NCBI GenBank assembly: GCA_965644315.1
Contig: CBFFRQ010000013.1
Location: 186,001-250,000 of the forward strand
Direction of reading: 5' to 3'
Source: Caecitellus pseudoparvulus
Lineage: Eukaryota > Protista > Bigyra: Bicosoecida
DNA: 64,000 nt
Part shown: piece after piece, positions 61,058 to 64,000 of the stretch
How positions within the stretch are numbered: position 1 is the first letter of the stretch
Layout: each line of letters opens with the position of its first letter
Position numbers and translations under genes: made by a program
The notes under the pieces: generated by a model
What the model was told of the DNA's origin: nothing
The model's database searches: none
Seen by the model: the letters and a program-made list of their open reading frames with translations, nothing else

Positions 61058-61913
61058 TGCCGGCCAGGGCAGGAATCAGCGCCACGCTTGTGGCGTGCAC
61101 GGCTTCTGCTGTGGCTTGGAGGGTCAACCCATGTGCTTCCGCGATGGCTGTGAGGGATGTCACAATGGCTGCGGGCTCGTTCCGACCGCCTTTCTCGGCC
61201 GCCAGAGCCGGTGCGTCGCTCTCCAACACCACCGCAGAGAGCGGCAGACGCTTCAGCATCTTCTGCATCACAGGGCTGCGCACAACACTGGGTGGTATGG
61301 AAAACTTCATCCCAGCTTCTGCCGCTGCCACTGCGTACTTTGCCTTGCCGTCGAAGGCGTGCAACAGCACACGGGCCTCAACGCCAGCATCCTGAAGCAG
61401 TTCAATGGCGTGGTGGCCGGCACCCCTGGAATGCACATTCAACGGCAGGCCGAGTTCTGCGGCCAGGTCAGCGTGTGCTCGAAGCACCCGTCTCTGGGCT
61501 GCCTTGGCTGCCTCTCCTCCTTCAGGGGATTTGCCCAGCACCGCTGGTGTGAAGTCCAGACCCACTTCCCCGATGCAAGCCAGCTGTGCCGCATGGGTGC
61601 GGATCAAGGCAAGCATGACATCTAGCTCTGCCTCGTCCACGCTGCCGCCCGTGGCAGGGTTTACCGGGTGCAGGCCCAGGCAGGGAAAGACGACGCCGGG
61701 ATAGTCCGCTGCCAAGTCCAGCACCTGCTGCGCGTCGGCCATGGACATCGCGACCGCAAGGATCCCCCCCACGCCCGCCTTTGCAGCCTGCGCTATTACT
61801 TCATCCCTGTCTTCGTCAAACTCCCCTGCCGTCAAGTGGCAGTGGCAGTCGAACAGCGGCGGCAGGCCGTCACCTGGCTTGCAGCCGCCCACACCCCCAG
61901 CTACACAAGCCAT
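61038..61913 (-). CDS. TatD-family nuclease (TATDN3-like)
   Basis: FDCHCHL, CLGLHP, IGEVGLD, LNVHSR, LLHAF and LESDAP. Confidence 0.92.
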   Translation of the reverse strand: MACVAGGVGGCKPGDGLPPLFDCHCHLTAGEFDEDRDEVIAQAAKAGVGGILAVAMSMADAQQVLDLAADYPGVVFPCLGLHPVNPATGGSVDEAELDVMLALIRTHAAQLACIGEVGLDFTPAVLGKSPEGGEAAKAAQRRVLRAHADLAAELGLPLNVHSRGAGHHAIELLQDAGVEARVLLHAFDGKAKYAVAAAEAGMKFSIPPSVVRSPVMQKMLKRLPLSAVVLESDAPALAAEKGGRNEPAAIVTSLTAIAEAHGLTLQATAEAVHATSVALIPALAGIRTSGS

Positions 61914-62093
61914 CGCTCACTGCAAGAGCAGCAGGCATCAGACAGACACAAACCTGTCCACACCAGTACAATCACGTTGATGCAATCAACGTTGAACCAA
62001 GAGATTGTACTGCCTCACGCCTCTTTGCTGCGCTTGGGCCTGTGCCAGCTCAGCCAGTGTAACGCTCGCGAAACGCCGCGACACAACTCCACC

Positions 62094-64000
62094 ATGGCTG
62101 GCGCATCGTTGGAGCTGAGTCTGGAGAAGCTCGTCACGATGCAGCGTAATGCTGCTACCGGAGATGAAGCTGCGGCCAAGATTTGGCAGAAATGCGTCCA
62201 GACACAGACCATTCGCGACGTGGAGCTCAACGCCGAAGCGCTGGCCAGCATGTGGGACATGGTCACCAAAGCGCCTGCAAGCCAGCGTGGTGGCTTGATC
62301 CACGCTGCAAATGAGCTTTCCCAGTTCCCTGAGTTTGACCGGGCCCTTGCAAACGCCTGCGTCGGCGCCCAAGTTGTGCCCTCAGTGGCACGGAGCATGG
62401 TTGCGGGTGACCCACGCACAGCCAGTGCGGCTCGCCGCATGCTTGAGTGGCTGTACTCCTCTGGCGCCTCCCACCGCGTGCGAATACGCGTAGCTCTGGG
62501 CGATATCCTGCGAGGCTTTGCGCTTAGCCCCTCTCCTTCATGCCATGGAGTGTTTCATGCGCTGCAGCTGCTGCGATTGGTGGTGCAAGGCATGCCGGCT
62601 GGCGCGGCGACCACCGGCAAGGTGCTCGGGCACCTCGTCTCAGACCTGCTCCTGCCCCTGCACGCACCCAATGTGATGGTGGGGGAGGTGACTCCTGTTC
62701 TGGGGCAGTACCACAAAGACCTCCTGCTCTGCATGCTTGCCTGCGGCAAAGTCGCACCACCCACGCTGCGGCTGGCTTTGCAAGGCATGCGCGACATTTG
62801 GCCTGCTGCGTCAGATGGCCAGAGCCCTAAAGAGGTGCTGCTCATGCATGGCGTGAGCGGGCTGATCCAGGGCGCCGAGCGCGCCGGTCACGGCGAGCAG
62901 GTGGACGCCGCGCTGCCTGCACTGCTGCCCCTCATCGCTGCAGGCATCCGCTCGGAGTACAGCCGCCTCACACAGGGCACTCTGGGGCTGTTCAAGGATA
63001 AGATGGTGCTGCAGGCGCTGCGCCGGAACGCCACAGCGGTGATTCGTGCTCTGGCCGCCCCTGTCCTGCGAGGCGGCAAGCGCCACTGGAACGACACCGT
63101 GAACAGCATGCGGCACAGCGCCATCCAGCACATGCTGGAGTGGGACCGCCCAACTTTCATGGCAGCTGCCCTGGAAATTGGAGGGGGGCGCATGGCCGCA
63201 GCCCCACAGGCAGCGGGTGCGGCAGGCCCCCAGCGCCCCCCCAAACCTGTGCCCCGCCCAGCAGACTCCCCCGCTGCTGCCTTAGCTGCTGTTGCGGCTG
63301 GTGGTCAGCCCCCTGTCACAGTGACGGGCGTGGCACCCTGGTCTAGCGCGGGCAGGCCAGGTGGAAAGGACCTGACCAAGTACATGGCAGTGGCGCCGAC
63401 GGCTGGGGTGGCCGCCTCCCCCCTCGGCGGGCTGGCTACAGCTCAAGACAGCATGCCGCCCCCACCCCGCCGACGGCCCGCTGGTGCAGTTCCCGATGAG
63501 GCTTCCGTCCAGGACATGATTGATAACCTCCAGCCAACAACCGGTGGAGGGGCACTGCCTGGACTGGAGCGTCTTGCAGCTGCTGCTGCGGACACCACGG
63601 CAGGGAAGGAGTCGGCCCAGGCAGCCAGCGACCCAGAGCACATGAGTGCCAAGCCGGTGGCGCTGACGACATTACGATTCCACGATCTTGTGTTTGGGAA
63701 GGAGCTGGGGCGTGGGGCTTTCTCCGTAGTGAAGTATGCCAAAGTCATCCGCAGTGGCTTCCCAACTGCCCAGTGGCCGGAGTACGCCGTGAAGACCATT
63801 GACACTGACGTGCTCAAAACCCACGACTACGAACTGCCTGTGCGCAGGGAGATTGCAGTGCTGGGGCACATGCAGCACCCCTGCATTACTCGCCTCGTTG
63901 CCAGTTTCCGCTCCGGAGGCAACGCGTACCTGGTCACCGAGTACGCCTCCAAAGGAGACCTGCACACACACATCACACGCACAGGCAGCATGTCCACTGA
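62094..64000 (+). CDS. PP2A B56-like domain fused to an AGC/PDK1-like Ser/Thr kinase (3'-truncated by window; absent from ORF track)
   Basis: Continuous frame from accATGG at 62094 to the window end. B56-like blocks LLLPLHAP..LGQYHKDLLLCM, DIWPAASDGQSPKEVLLMH and GGKRHWNDTVN. Kinase start FHDLVFGKELGRGAFSVVKYA, YAVK, RREIAVL and YLVTEYASKGDL. Confidence 0.82.
   Translation, partial: MAGASLELSLEKLVTMQRNAATGDEAAAKIWQKCVQTQTIRDVELNAEALASMWDMVTKAPASQRGGLIHAANELSQFPEFDRALANACVGAQVVPSVARSMVAGDPRTASAARRMLEWLYSSGASHRVRIRVALGDILRGFALSPSPSCHGVFHALQLLRLVVQGMPAGAATTGKVLGHLVSDLLLPLHAPNVMVGEVTPVLGQYHKDLLLCMLACGKVAPPTLRLALQGMRDIWPAASDGQSPKEVLLMHGVSGLIQGAERAGHGEQVDAALPALLPLIAAGIRSEYSRLTQGTLGLFKDKMVLQALRRNATAVIRALAAPVLRGGKRHWNDTVNSMRHSAIQHMLEWDRPTFMAAALEIGGGRMAAAPQAAGAAGPQRPPKPVPRPADSPAAALAAVAAGGQPPVTVTGVAPWSSAGRPGGKDLTKYMAVAPTAGVAASPLGGLATAQDSMPPPPRRRPAGAVPDEASVQDMIDNLQPTTGGGALPGLERLAAAAADTTAGKESAQAASDPEHMSAKPVALTTLRFHDLVFGKELGRGAFSVVKYAKVIRSGFPTAQWPEYAVKTIDTDVLKTHDYELPVRREIAVLGHMQHPCITRLVASFRSGGNAYLVTEYASKGDLHTHITRTGSMST

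Overview
Compact, GC-rich eukaryotic nuclear DNA using the standard genetic code. No rRNA, tRNA, CRISPR or transposon is recognisable. I can model 28 tightly packed protein-coding genes with about 43 short GT-AG introns (mostly 61-90 nt, strongly 5'-biased, dominant donor GTGCGT). Several genes are invisible or fragmented in the ORF track because of splicing or truncation at the window edge. Gene content and style (ALDH12-type P5CDH, TmcB-like PAS membrane proteins, CEP44, GNPTAB) suggest a free-living protist, most plausibly a stramenopile; this is inference only. Gene order: P5CDH, CDC48, vanin, PPIL1, FIGNL1, mitochondrial ValRS, p31comet-like, Atg22-like MFS, EDRF1, ankyrin-IQ protein, quadruple CX9C (NDUFA8-like), MAP2K, TK/TKL kinase, TMEM53, CHCH, RNF25, cysteine synthase-like, two head-to-head TmcB/FixL-PAS membrane proteins, LIAS, GNPTAB, SPFH, CEP44, METTL13, sorting nexin, HOP2, TatD, and a PP2A-B56/kinase fusion that runs off the right end. 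Most interesting: (1) the B56-kinase fusion; (2) the divergent pair of PAS membrane sensors, one keeping and one lacking the FixL-type heme His; (3) a recurrent AATGCA motif just downstream of stop codons, a candidate lineage-specific poly(A) signal; (4) a spliced, divergent p31comet; (5) HOP2 with an acidic plus histone-H1-like extension; (6) an RNF25 RING split by a ~209-aa insert. All family assignments come from motif recognition by eye and were not checked by database search.
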